30,074 nucleotides of DNA from a virus (taxonomy: Duplodnaviria; Caudoviricetes), in IMG/VR virus record IMGVR_UViG_3300044513_003232, positions 1 to 30,074 of that record. One strand, 5' to 3'. Below, piece by piece: positions 11,501-17,284 of the stretch (the stretch's first letter is position 1; the number at the start of each line of letters is the position of its first letter). The notes below the pieces were generated by a model, which saw only the letters and a program-made list of their open reading frames with translations, made no database searches and was not told the DNA's origin. Made by a program: the position numbers and the translations under genes.

Positions 11501-12159
11501 TTGCCCGTAGTGGTAACGTCGGAATTGGCAACTTTGCTGCTGGAACTCCTGGTGCAAAACTGGATGTAAAGGGAATCATTCGCACAGACAATAGATTTGA
11601 TTCTACTGTTGCAACTGGTACTGCTCCAATTACCGTTACCTCCACAACAGAATGTACAAACCTAAACGCAGCAAGACTGCAAGGTTACACTGCACTGGGT
11701 CTTCCATACCTCGGTGGTTCGACTAATACAAACATCAACTCCACTGATGGTGTTAGAAGATTCTACTTCAGCAATAACAGCTATACTGCATTCAACACTG
11801 CAGATAACTACTACTTCCAGAGTGGAACAGCCAACAGGGCAACGATGCACGCCGATGGCAAGTGGAACTTTGCTGGAAATGGAGACACACAAACTTCATA
11901 CAGAATGCAGGTTCTTGGTGCAAGTGGTCTGAACGTTGAAGCAGTAACTCTCGCAAATGGTCAGAACACCTCAGTTCTGAGAGCAAGTGGAGATGCTCAG
12001 TGGGTTGATAGTTATGGCGTCTTCAAGCGTAACCGTCAGACGGTCGGTGAAAACATTACGGTTGCCGCTACCGACAACTGCATGTCCGCTGGACCTATCA
12101 CTATAAATAATAATACGACGGTAACTATTAGTAACGGCGGTAGCTGGAGTATTGTATAA
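2536..12159 (+). CDS. Giant modular tail-fibre-like structural protein (3207 aa)
   Basis: GGAG at 2523-2526. Contains a beta-helix start motif (YVS..GSDDNDGRSAARPLRSIKKA...GDNLRR), repeated HxL/FxTG..VxY...GL...Y(Y/F)V modules, Cys-containing helical repeats, GSGY repeats, fibre motifs (NAGYLDG, LDARYLQG, LNAARLQG, GIGVTNP) and a C-terminal SAGPITINNNTTVTISNGGSWSIV motif. Confidence 0.85.
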   Translation: MSLRINSEQQRIEGSGKVATGNWTNATYFRVGNLVTVTSVGHTFVDTEELEIDVTSGAATSGNYEITVVNSDSFTFNDAASGTITAGNTLSYRTRRSLVLTAEDKLGINVGIGGDERSAIIVTKDALGDVRVGINNTNPIYELDVEGQIRTTRSIISDTATIINLDIGTIVNPELNLRAPNLVNYTDTDVTSPTYQQTFFPTADTPDLSDQSRRIATTDFVYKVATNDTGGRVYVSSTIGSDDNDGRSAARPLRSIKKAAQVAYGLQKATPDASDEYVSIIVSGGEYLEDNPISLPRNCSLIGDNLRRVVVRPLNSDRHMVKASNETYINGVTFRDALQNPNDPFSATLFTWKYAFVFDDKQRLYYEPELKQVPAQAGDKYRGDNVQLLTFIDNTGTNTDLQVGYIVTNEQGAIVGTVQSVTFTGPVATPYSTGSMTVLVTSGQDDVFSSTDTVYYAATLGQVLNDPNNPPVSNNAGLIDVESLRPELETISNQIYQHTFDSERETILVNGASVNDATDLITVTAHGLYTGAAVYYDNDGNTSIPGLINQRVYYVRVLTANTFELYDTFTNANLDAASTTKQGRIDITAVGANTHYLTTGKVMPESDEIYIQRHQFATGDQVTYRASKMDAIGGLTDNTSYFVYVKNVNWIKLSTSEANAIRKDPSGNDDPVTINLTSAGKGFQRLDLQERILPITTIDTSLNTQTTYSGPILNLGSTSYHDYEVGQEVNLYGFQSSAVDFGGSAVYSYSQSGTTIDCTITGVDIATTTAIWGNLQGLGEAGLKFNFTTGGAISKTYHCDEFVTGTAFPSLGSTLLGLAKGTFDTGTSTVRFRLNAPDSATRSGSFAIFDNIEDLNGRKYITHRIERADGFSLAFVVRGNYSRFGAAIDIVGDQSVCSASNYVLASLRNSPYGFNAVSQTDRYRDGAEAIRVNQEFIAEEAYAYIKSHHTSSSTRGTQISIGGTNYTSITSNARTGTYSVSGATLTVTVPLGHAGYALQSYSFTFSGVLANGSYEVSDTPDYRTFTIILPNSNNSGETGTVTFTTPLPHVTPGSKPQSDRYADASSLILTNRVMIAEMAVERMVAEESFTIPTGNQSCKDDTVDFLKALAYNLTFGGNDQVYDAAKYYVDGAHVVGEEDESVIVFNYARDLAIAAMRNETFDSAFTTYNLGGYTQVKDATVTQDIQSPACQDVASSITTLTAVVTQAIGSTGSPGNLNGVTRTYATGDQQCIDDIVKVLRAWQYDLRYTGNSATAEAVNKYINSGAIQFIAGEVDFSRQVYAYSKELANLSILNDLGTGTFSQIVPTANGAVTVDPLNCSNVTSALTTLWTSLDTALSTSTAITSITYPDPILTELGSSLYSFTLSNVFLDLPIIEASPYIQNSSLISFQGGSGCEIDGAKVATPNVPRPGLKLDSLGNTVALYDPQGKSMVASAFTIISFGGTAYNILNDGYTQLVSVFAIFCQDGIVCQSGGYASVTNSASNFGTYALRATGYRSEPYSFDIGTITSVQNQTDANGANTGRQEITIAGSLTNIPIEDYIIKIDGFTNTNPALEYIILETEVISGSAGSSVVATIVTNQKLDLTETATSTQYSYDLGNIAGGGSSPLVGATIKLHRPSVVNSSSHTWEYSGSGNTYAALPQNGGVGRGSSFEAREEEFGQVYTSGTNEFGDFKVGDFVTIFNRTGAISFVGTVAISELTSIKITGGDITITGFSNDDNLGGAFASEEILPTQFAVRSYISNNLGPYLNQPYSTNAVPSALVQLTATGKINIDQIPALRPFNITSVNSTQERLALEDVVAGDIAIETTTQTFNVTPSDVDTSTEEITIISHALTTGDGLIYSQGTTNIGGLANANTYYVIVVDQDTIKLAATESDAANGTAINLTSQGTGTQVFTTQGIAVSYILENDLDSQYVTFAPNSGYTFTNSNLIVGSSTDARGVITDYNDGAVFRYDINIAGSGYTNDFALTISAPDDTINGVQAAATANVTSGSVVSVTITNLGKGYYSAPTVTVPTSPAGALNNADIAGAVEGRVYVDIANNIKFDSGDFILDGSGANLGTGTYDQSAVDGQGNPINTTTIVVTETAHGLSTSDLVYLDFTSGTAPDGFFTITVLNNNQYQVTTTTASTTSGNVARKRIVDILRAVNTSASDAANWTQLTSTNIDASNIVSGTIDPQRLASRGTANNFTFLRGDSSYEYALQSIRPETSDVMVITGSVTDTTYIDTITINNGGAGYTDGTYQNIPMEGGTAAQGGAAITAADDNVARATYIVTSGVITSASVTDSGSGYAANFSLTVPSELGSPSQAATLTANKGTVARAYGDIRVDVRKANNATSQAAGVYGNYGVAKFRKAAADQALANQTEAGFIVSANGEVSLDQGTGSKLTAEFIESAGTKLSASDLIDASLFTQGTLDPARIAAGTYGISITGTAAKATTVNVDEVGITSNPAPSGAAAGLELHTRNNSAVSLTDGGTKAGILTFRRQSINQTRAVTQIGFTDNNNLWVRGDSGGANGQTAYSDWYEIWSSGNDGRSNLTAGTGVNQASTLAPNAGYLDGQSGLWYQSGHNVGDRRGHGKIGIGVIPEVLGRDKYVLNNFRVHATGNKFEFYVPNFHVNSGPSGNIANSGTYTLYEDANATQNIGTFTVDPAGVTEGTGNDGAIYSTITGTASFTAGKNGENVYLIGPSASGSTRWTVTSANELVASSAQLLAVLNDANGAILELGKDGVSTVPKIEFRSSGQATAYDVQLQVSGGSATNGEGTLRINAGDVTINGNTVWHSGNDGATSELDARYLQGAEPATTATASTIVKRDASGNINGVDFAGDQITLTNTGTSILNLADANGITLGKAGTNILSVIGKGNANTGYIRFGNDTRDFGWDGTSLSYGGVYFRSSRLGIGVTNPLTNIHIQSGTATNDGDGSAGLTQTGTEAMLIDLPAFTVGETYGSIAWMSGTRRRAMISAIAENTDGDYVGLTFYTQGTDGAGDFFESMRIARSGNVGIGNFAAGTPGAKLDVKGIIRTDNRFDSTVATGTAPITVTSTTECTNLNAARLQGYTALGLPYLGGSTNTNINSTDGVRRFYFSNNSYTAFNTADNYYFQSGTANRATMHADGKWNFAGNGDTQTSYRMQVLGASGLNVEAVTLANGQNTSVLRASGDAQWVDSYGVFKRNRQTVGENITVAATDNCMSAGPITINNNTTVTISNGGSWSIV
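4075..8225 (+). repeat. Three dispersed ~85-aa protein repeats (HxL/FxTG..VxY...GL...Y(Y/F)V...L..T...A....I.LT..G)
   Basis: Copies at about 4075-4330 (TAHGLYTGAAVYY), 4350-4590 (RHQFATGDQVTY) and 8000-8225 (SHALTTGDGLIY). Similarity is seen at protein level. Confidence 0.7.
12102..12109 (+). promoter_or_regulatory. T4-type late promoter TATAAATA inside the 3' end of the fibre gene
   Basis: Exact consensus within codons ACT ATA AAT AAT (T-I-N-N), about 55 nt upstream of the ATG at 12163. Confidence 0.7.
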
Positions 12160-12162
12160 GTT

Positions 12163-13326
12163 ATGAGTACACTATCAGTTCACGATTTACAGGGAATTTC
12201 TGCACATAGTAATACTGTAAGAATTCCTTCTGGTCACAAACTTAGTGTTGAGGGGGAGATTGCTATCCCCGCCTTAACAGCAGCTCAACTAAGAGCTGCT
12301 CCTGGAAGCGTAGTTGGTCAAATTGCATTTAATACAAGTATCAATCAAGTTTCTACTTGGGACGGTACATCTTGGTCTGGGACACAAGACGGATCTTCTC
12401 AAGCTGCTGCAGCTGCATCAGCTAAAGAAATTTATGATAATGGTTTCGTGACCGCAGGTAAAATGTATCGTTGGATCACGACACCAAACGGAGGAGCAAA
12501 AGAAGTATGGTGTGATTTTGATACCAAAGATCAGTTTGGAAATAGTGGTTGGATGCTAGTTGGTGCATTTGAGCAAGGATGGAGATGGGGTGGGGGTAAC
12601 TCTTCAGGTGTTACTACAACTGCATCTACAATTGCACCAAGTTCTAGTCAGTATGCTATTTCCTCCAACTTTGGAGATTTTGATATGAACATGTTCCGCA
12701 TTACTGGAGCAGACTCGGTTACTGGTGGTAACATCTCCCAATATTATGATTTTTATTATAAGTGGGATACTGCAATTATGTGGAAAGAGGTATGGAAACC
12801 TGATGCTGGAGCTGGCTCTGGTGGTAGATATTATCTTTCGGATGGAAACAACCCCGCTAATGTTTATAGATGCAGTCTAAGAAAGTTTCAAGGAAGTTTC
12901 AATATTAAATATAACTATTTTAATGCAAATCACAGATTTAACAATCTCAGCGATTATGGATATCAAAATACTAAAACAACTATAACAGATTACAGTTATG
13001 GTATTATTGGCGAAGGTGTTGCTCCTGTTGCTGGATTCTTTGATGTTTGGACTGCTCTGACTTCCCCTGGATATCGTTTTGAATGGTTTTATGTTGGAAG
13101 AAGTGCTACGTATTCTAGTAGAACTGGTGGAGACCAAGACGGAAGCTTAGCAATCCCACAGCAAGGTGCTAACACTGATGCTACGGGACAAGATATTGAT
13201 GGTAATATATCTGTTAAGGTTGGTCATGACGACGGTACTGCCTGGGGTGCTGTGGGACAAAGCGCCACTGATAATACTGGTAATAATGGATATGAAAATA
13301 AAACTATGTGGTGGTGGATTAAATGA
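12163..13326 (+). CDS. Putative fibre-tip/receptor-binding protein with fibrinogen-like domain (387 aa)
   Basis: N-terminal MSTLSVHDLQ...VGQIAFN...WDGTSW module, followed by SAKEI...G.Y.I..P...EVWCDF......GWMLV, resembling the fibrinogen-like YCDxxxxGGGW signature. Aromatic-rich head. Confidence 0.7.
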   Translation: MSTLSVHDLQGISAHSNTVRIPSGHKLSVEGEIAIPALTAAQLRAAPGSVVGQIAFNTSINQVSTWDGTSWSGTQDGSSQAAAAASAKEIYDNGFVTAGKMYRWITTPNGGAKEVWCDFDTKDQFGNSGWMLVGAFEQGWRWGGGNSSGVTTTASTIAPSSSQYAISSNFGDFDMNMFRITGADSVTGGNISQYYDFYYKWDTAIMWKEVWKPDAGAGSGGRYYLSDGNNPANVYRCSLRKFQGSFNIKYNYFNANHRFNNLSDYGYQNTKTTITDYSYGIIGEGVAPVAGFFDVWTALTSPGYRFEWFYVGRSATYSSRTGGDQDGSLAIPQQGANTDATGQDIDGNISVKVGHDDGTAWGAVGQSATDNTGNNGYENKTMWWWIK

Positions 13327-13574
13327 ATTATCATGAATTTCTAAAACTCTCTGAAGAAGAAAGAAAATCTTCTCTCGAAAATACAGAAGATTGGGATTTT
13401 GAAAAGTTAGATAGTGATTGCAAAACTGGCAGAAAATCAAAATATCCCACTGAAAAAGAATGGATTTTGGCATATATCCAAAAGGAATTGGATGGTCAAA
13501 CTGAAGAATGGGATAGATTAGTAGAAAGAAGAATTGAAGTAAAAAATCAATATCCGTTTGTAAAAAATGTCTAA
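13323..13574 (+). CDS. Small charged protein, putative fibre assembly chaperone (83 aa)
   Basis: ATGA overlap with the upstream gene. C-terminal RKSKYP.....L.......W.......VK..YP motif recalls small ORFs that follow fibre-tip genes in marine phages. Confidence 0.5.
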   Translation: MNYHEFLKLSEEERKSSLENTEDWDFEKLDSDCKTGRKSKYPTEKEWILAYIQKELDGQTEEWDRLVERRIEVKNQYPFVKNV

Positions 13575-14622
13575 ATTAAAAGTAGATGAAATTTACAGCA
13601 GTAACGGAACTATTACTCTAACTGGAGGCACAAAGCTCAGTTTAGAGAATAGTAGATCTTCCGTTCGCATTCCAACAGGAACTACTGCCGAACAGTCTAC
13701 TCCAAATCACCCAGCGATAAGATATAATCAAACAACAAAATCTCTGGGGTTGCACACACTTTACAATTGGAGTAGACCACCAGAAGGTCTCGAATACAAA
13801 CGTGCAACATCTCTGATACCAGCACACGAGAATGTTGTTACAGATAGTTTGGTTTGCATGTTGGATACTGGGTTGAGAAATTCTTACCCTGGGTATGGAT
13901 CAACTTGGTTTGATATTAGTGGTTCGGGTAATCACGCAGAAATTCAAAATAGTCCATCTTGGAATATCCCCATCAATTCTTTCGGTAATGAAGATTGGAA
14001 TAATGGATATTGGGGAATGAACTATTCTAACAATAGAATGATCATTCCAAGTTTAGAATATTTTAGATGGGATTCTGGATTTACAGCAGGATTTTGGTGG
14101 TGGAATGGTGGTGGCACTGGATACTATAGAGGCATCGTAACTAACGGCATCAATAGCGATAGGCAAGGAGCCTTTGACTGGAGAATTGGTAGAGAGGATC
14201 ACTATGGCGGATCTAACAATGGAACCAATTTAGGATTTCGTATCTACACTGAATCTGGCGGTGGCGATAGAGTAGATGTATATGCTACTCCAAGTCAATG
14301 GCATTACTACTGTGGAACATATGACAATCAGACTATAAAGGTATATAAGGATGGTATCCTTTGGAAAGCAAAACCACACAACTCTCCAGGTCCAATGAAA
14401 CTCATAGGTGGAGATGGCAATGGAGTTGTTATTGGGCACTCTCCAAGTACAGCTGAATATATGGATGGTAGATTTGGGGCATGTGAACTTTATTCACGCG
14501 CTCTAACCGACGCTGAAGTTCTTCAAAATTATGAAGCTAGATACTATAGGTGGCATCAGAGTTACCCACCAGACTTGAATCCACGAGTAAATAGCATTGA
14601 CTCTCTTGCAGGAGCTAATTAA
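13567..14622 (+). CDS. Putative fibre-tip protein with LamG/concanavalin A-like lectin domain (351 aa)
   Basis: N-module MSKLKVDEI...RIPTGTTAEQ...AIRYN. LamG motifs LDTG..NSYPG.GSTW.DISG.GN.A, WHYYCGTYD, LYSRALTDAEVLQNY. Confidence 0.8.
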   Translation: MSKLKVDEIYSSNGTITLTGGTKLSLENSRSSVRIPTGTTAEQSTPNHPAIRYNQTTKSLGLHTLYNWSRPPEGLEYKRATSLIPAHENVVTDSLVCMLDTGLRNSYPGYGSTWFDISGSGNHAEIQNSPSWNIPINSFGNEDWNNGYWGMNYSNNRMIIPSLEYFRWDSGFTAGFWWWNGGGTGYYRGIVTNGINSDRQGAFDWRIGREDHYGGSNNGTNLGFRIYTESGGGDRVDVYATPSQWHYYCGTYDNQTIKVYKDGILWKAKPHNSPGPMKLIGGDGNGVVIGHSPSTAEYMDGRFGACELYSRALTDAEVLQNYEARYYRWHQSYPPDLNPRVNSIDSLAGAN

Positions 14623-14626
14623 TTAA

Positions 14627-16351
14627 ATGGCAAGTAAGATTATCGTTGACAATATTAGTACAGTTTCAGAAACTAATGTTCTGAAAGTTTCTGCTGGAAC
14701 CACGTTAGATCTAAGTGGATCTAACGAAGATTTTGTATTACCAAATGGAGAAACTGATCAAAGACCAGAATATAATATTGAAGGTGCATTAAGATTTAAT
14801 AATGAGATCGATAACATCGAATATTATTCTACAGAAGACCAGGAGTGGTACAGTCCATCCGTAGAATATAATATCACCAAAGGTGGTCTGATTGCTCACT
14901 ATGATCCATCATTAACAATAGAAGACATTCACAGTGGACTCCTCAGGGATCTCCATAAAGGGAAACACGTTATATTAAAAAACAACCCAGTTTACTCTAC
15001 TGATGGTGGTGGATCAGTCTTGTTCAACGGAACTAATCAGTATGGTGTCTGCAGACCATTTAGACATAACAACAGCAGAAAGAAAACTATTTGTTGCTGG
15101 GCAAAAATTACAAGCAGTTCTTCTGGTAACTTGGCAGGATTAACTGCAAGAGCAAACAACTATAAATGGCAGAGCTTCGTTATAAGTCCAACTGACGGTA
15201 TTTCAAGTCAGATGATGGACAACTCTTTCTATAACGAAAGAACTTCTTATAATAACGGTAACTATATAATCCAAAATGTTTGGAGATTTTATTGTACTGT
15301 AGTTGATATTGATGCAGTTGCAGGGCAGAGAGTAAAACACTACATCGATGGAGAATCTATTGATGTAGGTTTCTTGAACGATAGTGGAAATTCTTTCTAC
15401 GATGGCACAGACCTGGAATTAAATATTGCAGGATTTCACTATGGACAAGGCAGTGGAGTAGATGGTGGGTATAGTGGATTTTTTGGTGGAAACATGGGTC
15501 CTATCCTCATATACGATAGAGCTCTGACACACCAAGAGATCTTCAAGAATTACTATGCATATGCAGAAAGATTTGGCAAGACTATTTCAGAACCAACTCC
15601 AGTAACAAGCAGTCGAAAGCTTGCTTTGGATGCAACAGATCCAAACTCTTATCCTGGAACAGGATCAACTTGGACAGACCTCAGTGGATCTGGTAATAAT
15701 GCAACGTTGTATGGAAGTCCAGAGTACATAACCAACTGGCAAGCTTCTGGCGCATTCTATTGCCCAGGCAATAACGGTATTGCAGTGACAGAGCAAGGAA
15801 AATCTAGAGCCTATGCAGTCGTCACAAAGAACTCTACTTTTGATAGTTCAAATCATAGTGGATCTGCTTGGATTTATTTAACCAGGAAGGATCAACAGGA
15901 AACTTTTTTTAGTAATCACATTCAGGGTTCAACTGGAGTTGGAGCTAGATCTGGATTTATTCTAGCAACATACCAAAACCAATTCATGTATCAATTGAGA
16001 CTTGGTAACGTATGCTGCCAAACTGTTCAAGGATATGCATTAGAACCTGGAGGATGGACCCACGTTTGTGGAACGTATGATGGATCCACCATGAGATTGT
16101 ATGTTAATGGTAGACAAATTAATACAGGTTCCCATAGTGGAACTCATTACATGATTAGTGATATATACCTTGGAGCAAACTCAGATGACTATAACCTAGG
16201 CAATGGTAGCACTAGTCCCTTTCACCTTCGTGGAATGATGGGTTGGTTTGATTACTATACAAAAACTCTATCTGCTGCTGAGGTCAGACAAAATTATGAA
16301 GCTACTAGAGGAAAATTTTGGAGGGATCATGGTTCATGGCAAGTAAGTTAA
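14627..16351 (+). CDS. Putative fibre-tip protein with two tandem LamG-like domains (574 aa)
   Basis: N-module MASKIIVDNI...LPNGETDQRP...GALRFN. Domain 1 ends IYDRALTHQEIFKNY...ERFG. Domain 2 runs LDATDPNSYPGTGSTWTDLSG...WTHVCGTYDG...LSAAEVRQNY. Confidence 0.8.
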   Translation: MASKIIVDNISTVSETNVLKVSAGTTLDLSGSNEDFVLPNGETDQRPEYNIEGALRFNNEIDNIEYYSTEDQEWYSPSVEYNITKGGLIAHYDPSLTIEDIHSGLLRDLHKGKHVILKNNPVYSTDGGGSVLFNGTNQYGVCRPFRHNNSRKKTICCWAKITSSSSGNLAGLTARANNYKWQSFVISPTDGISSQMMDNSFYNERTSYNNGNYIIQNVWRFYCTVVDIDAVAGQRVKHYIDGESIDVGFLNDSGNSFYDGTDLELNIAGFHYGQGSGVDGGYSGFFGGNMGPILIYDRALTHQEIFKNYYAYAERFGKTISEPTPVTSSRKLALDATDPNSYPGTGSTWTDLSGSGNNATLYGSPEYITNWQASGAFYCPGNNGIAVTEQGKSRAYAVVTKNSTFDSSNHSGSAWIYLTRKDQQETFFSNHIQGSTGVGARSGFILATYQNQFMYQLRLGNVCCQTVQGYALEPGGWTHVCGTYDGSTMRLYVNGRQINTGSHSGTHYMISDIYLGANSDDYNLGNGSTSPFHLRGMMGWFDYYTKTLSAAEVRQNYEATRGKFWRDHGSWQVS

Positions 16352-17259
16352 ACGTAGACGAACTCCAAAGTTCCACATCAAAACTAACAGTACAAGGAAA
16401 TGTAACCTTAGATGTAAGTGATACTTCATCTTACATGAAAGTTCCTTCTGGGAAGATTACTGCAAGACCAGGATCTCCAACAGAGGGAGCATTTCGATAC
16501 AATGAATCCTTTGGTCATTATGAAGTTTATACCCAGTATGGTTGGAGATACATCAACCTAGAGAAAGATTATAATAGGGTTGTGCATAATGGATGCGTTT
16601 TGAACTTGGATGCTGGAAATCCAAATTCTTGGAATGGCGGTGTTAATAATCGTTGGACTGATACTAGTGGGTATCACAACCACGCTGCGATGCAAAATGA
16701 TCCAACATGGGAACCACAAGCGGGTGGGTGTTTTCACTTTGATGGGTCAAACGATTGGTTTGATCTTCCAGATTTCAACTTAATGAATATCTCTATGGAG
16801 TTGGTAATCAAACAAAATATCAACAATAATAAAAACCTAGAAGTTTTTGGTACACATACAGTATGTAGTTCATTTCCTCAATCTGGATTTGCTTATTTTC
16901 CATCCATAAGCAATGGATTATTTTTCTATCGTTTCATCAATGGAAGTGGAGATAGACCACACGTAAGAGCTGGAACTACTTTTAACACGATTAATCTTTC
17001 TGATGGTAATTGGCATCATTTAACTGGAACTTATGATATACAAACGAATACCGTGAGATTTTATCATAATGGATCTTTTGTTGCTTCTTCATCGTCCCAA
17101 GTAAACAGTTCTTCTTTCCAAGGAAACATTGGTGGTAATGCCACTTCTTATGCATTTAACGGAAGAATTGCAATCGCAAGAATATACAACAAAGTCTTAA
17201 CTTCAGACGAAGTTGCTCAAAATTATAACGCAACCAAAGCTAGATTTGGTCTAAGCTAA
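16336..17259 (+). CDS. Putative fibre-tip protein with LamG-like domain (307 aa)
   Basis: Start moved from TTG 16318 to ATG 16336, giving MASKLNVDEL like its paralogues, with GGAGGGA upstream. Motifs VPSGKITARP...GAFRYN, LDAGNPNS, WHHLTGTYD, IYNKVLTSDEVAQNYNATKARFG. Confidence 0.8.
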   Translation: MASKLNVDELQSSTSKLTVQGNVTLDVSDTSSYMKVPSGKITARPGSPTEGAFRYNESFGHYEVYTQYGWRYINLEKDYNRVVHNGCVLNLDAGNPNSWNGGVNNRWTDTSGYHNHAAMQNDPTWEPQAGGCFHFDGSNDWFDLPDFNLMNISMELVIKQNINNNKNLEVFGTHTVCSSFPQSGFAYFPSISNGLFFYRFINGSGDRPHVRAGTTFNTINLSDGNWHHLTGTYDIQTNTVRFYHNGSFVASSSSQVNSSSFQGNIGGNATSYAFNGRIAIARIYNKVLTSDEVAQNYNATKARFGLS

Positions 17260-17262
17260 ATA
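17255..17262 (+). promoter_or_regulatory. Possible variant late promoter GCTAAATA
   Basis: TAAATA core overlapping the stop codon, 22 nt before the ATG at 17285, the same geometry as the consensus sites. Confidence 0.4.
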
Positions 17263-17284
17263 GAACGAAGGGAACCTAGTAAGA

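Noticed and set aside
2536-12159. Intein, intron or S74 intramolecular chaperone in the giant fibre
   Set aside because: The ORF is continuous, with no recognisable splice-junction, homing endonuclease or C-terminal SD.RLK motif.
14586-14593. AGTAAATA upstream of ORF 14627 as a late promoter
   Set aside because: The position is plausible but it deviates from NATAAATA, and similar strings occur elsewhere in coding DNA. Not supportable without TSS data.
16318-16335. TTG start giving an MEGSWF extension
   Set aside because: ATG 16336 yields an N-terminus matching the paralogues and has a purine-rich RBS-like sequence upstream.
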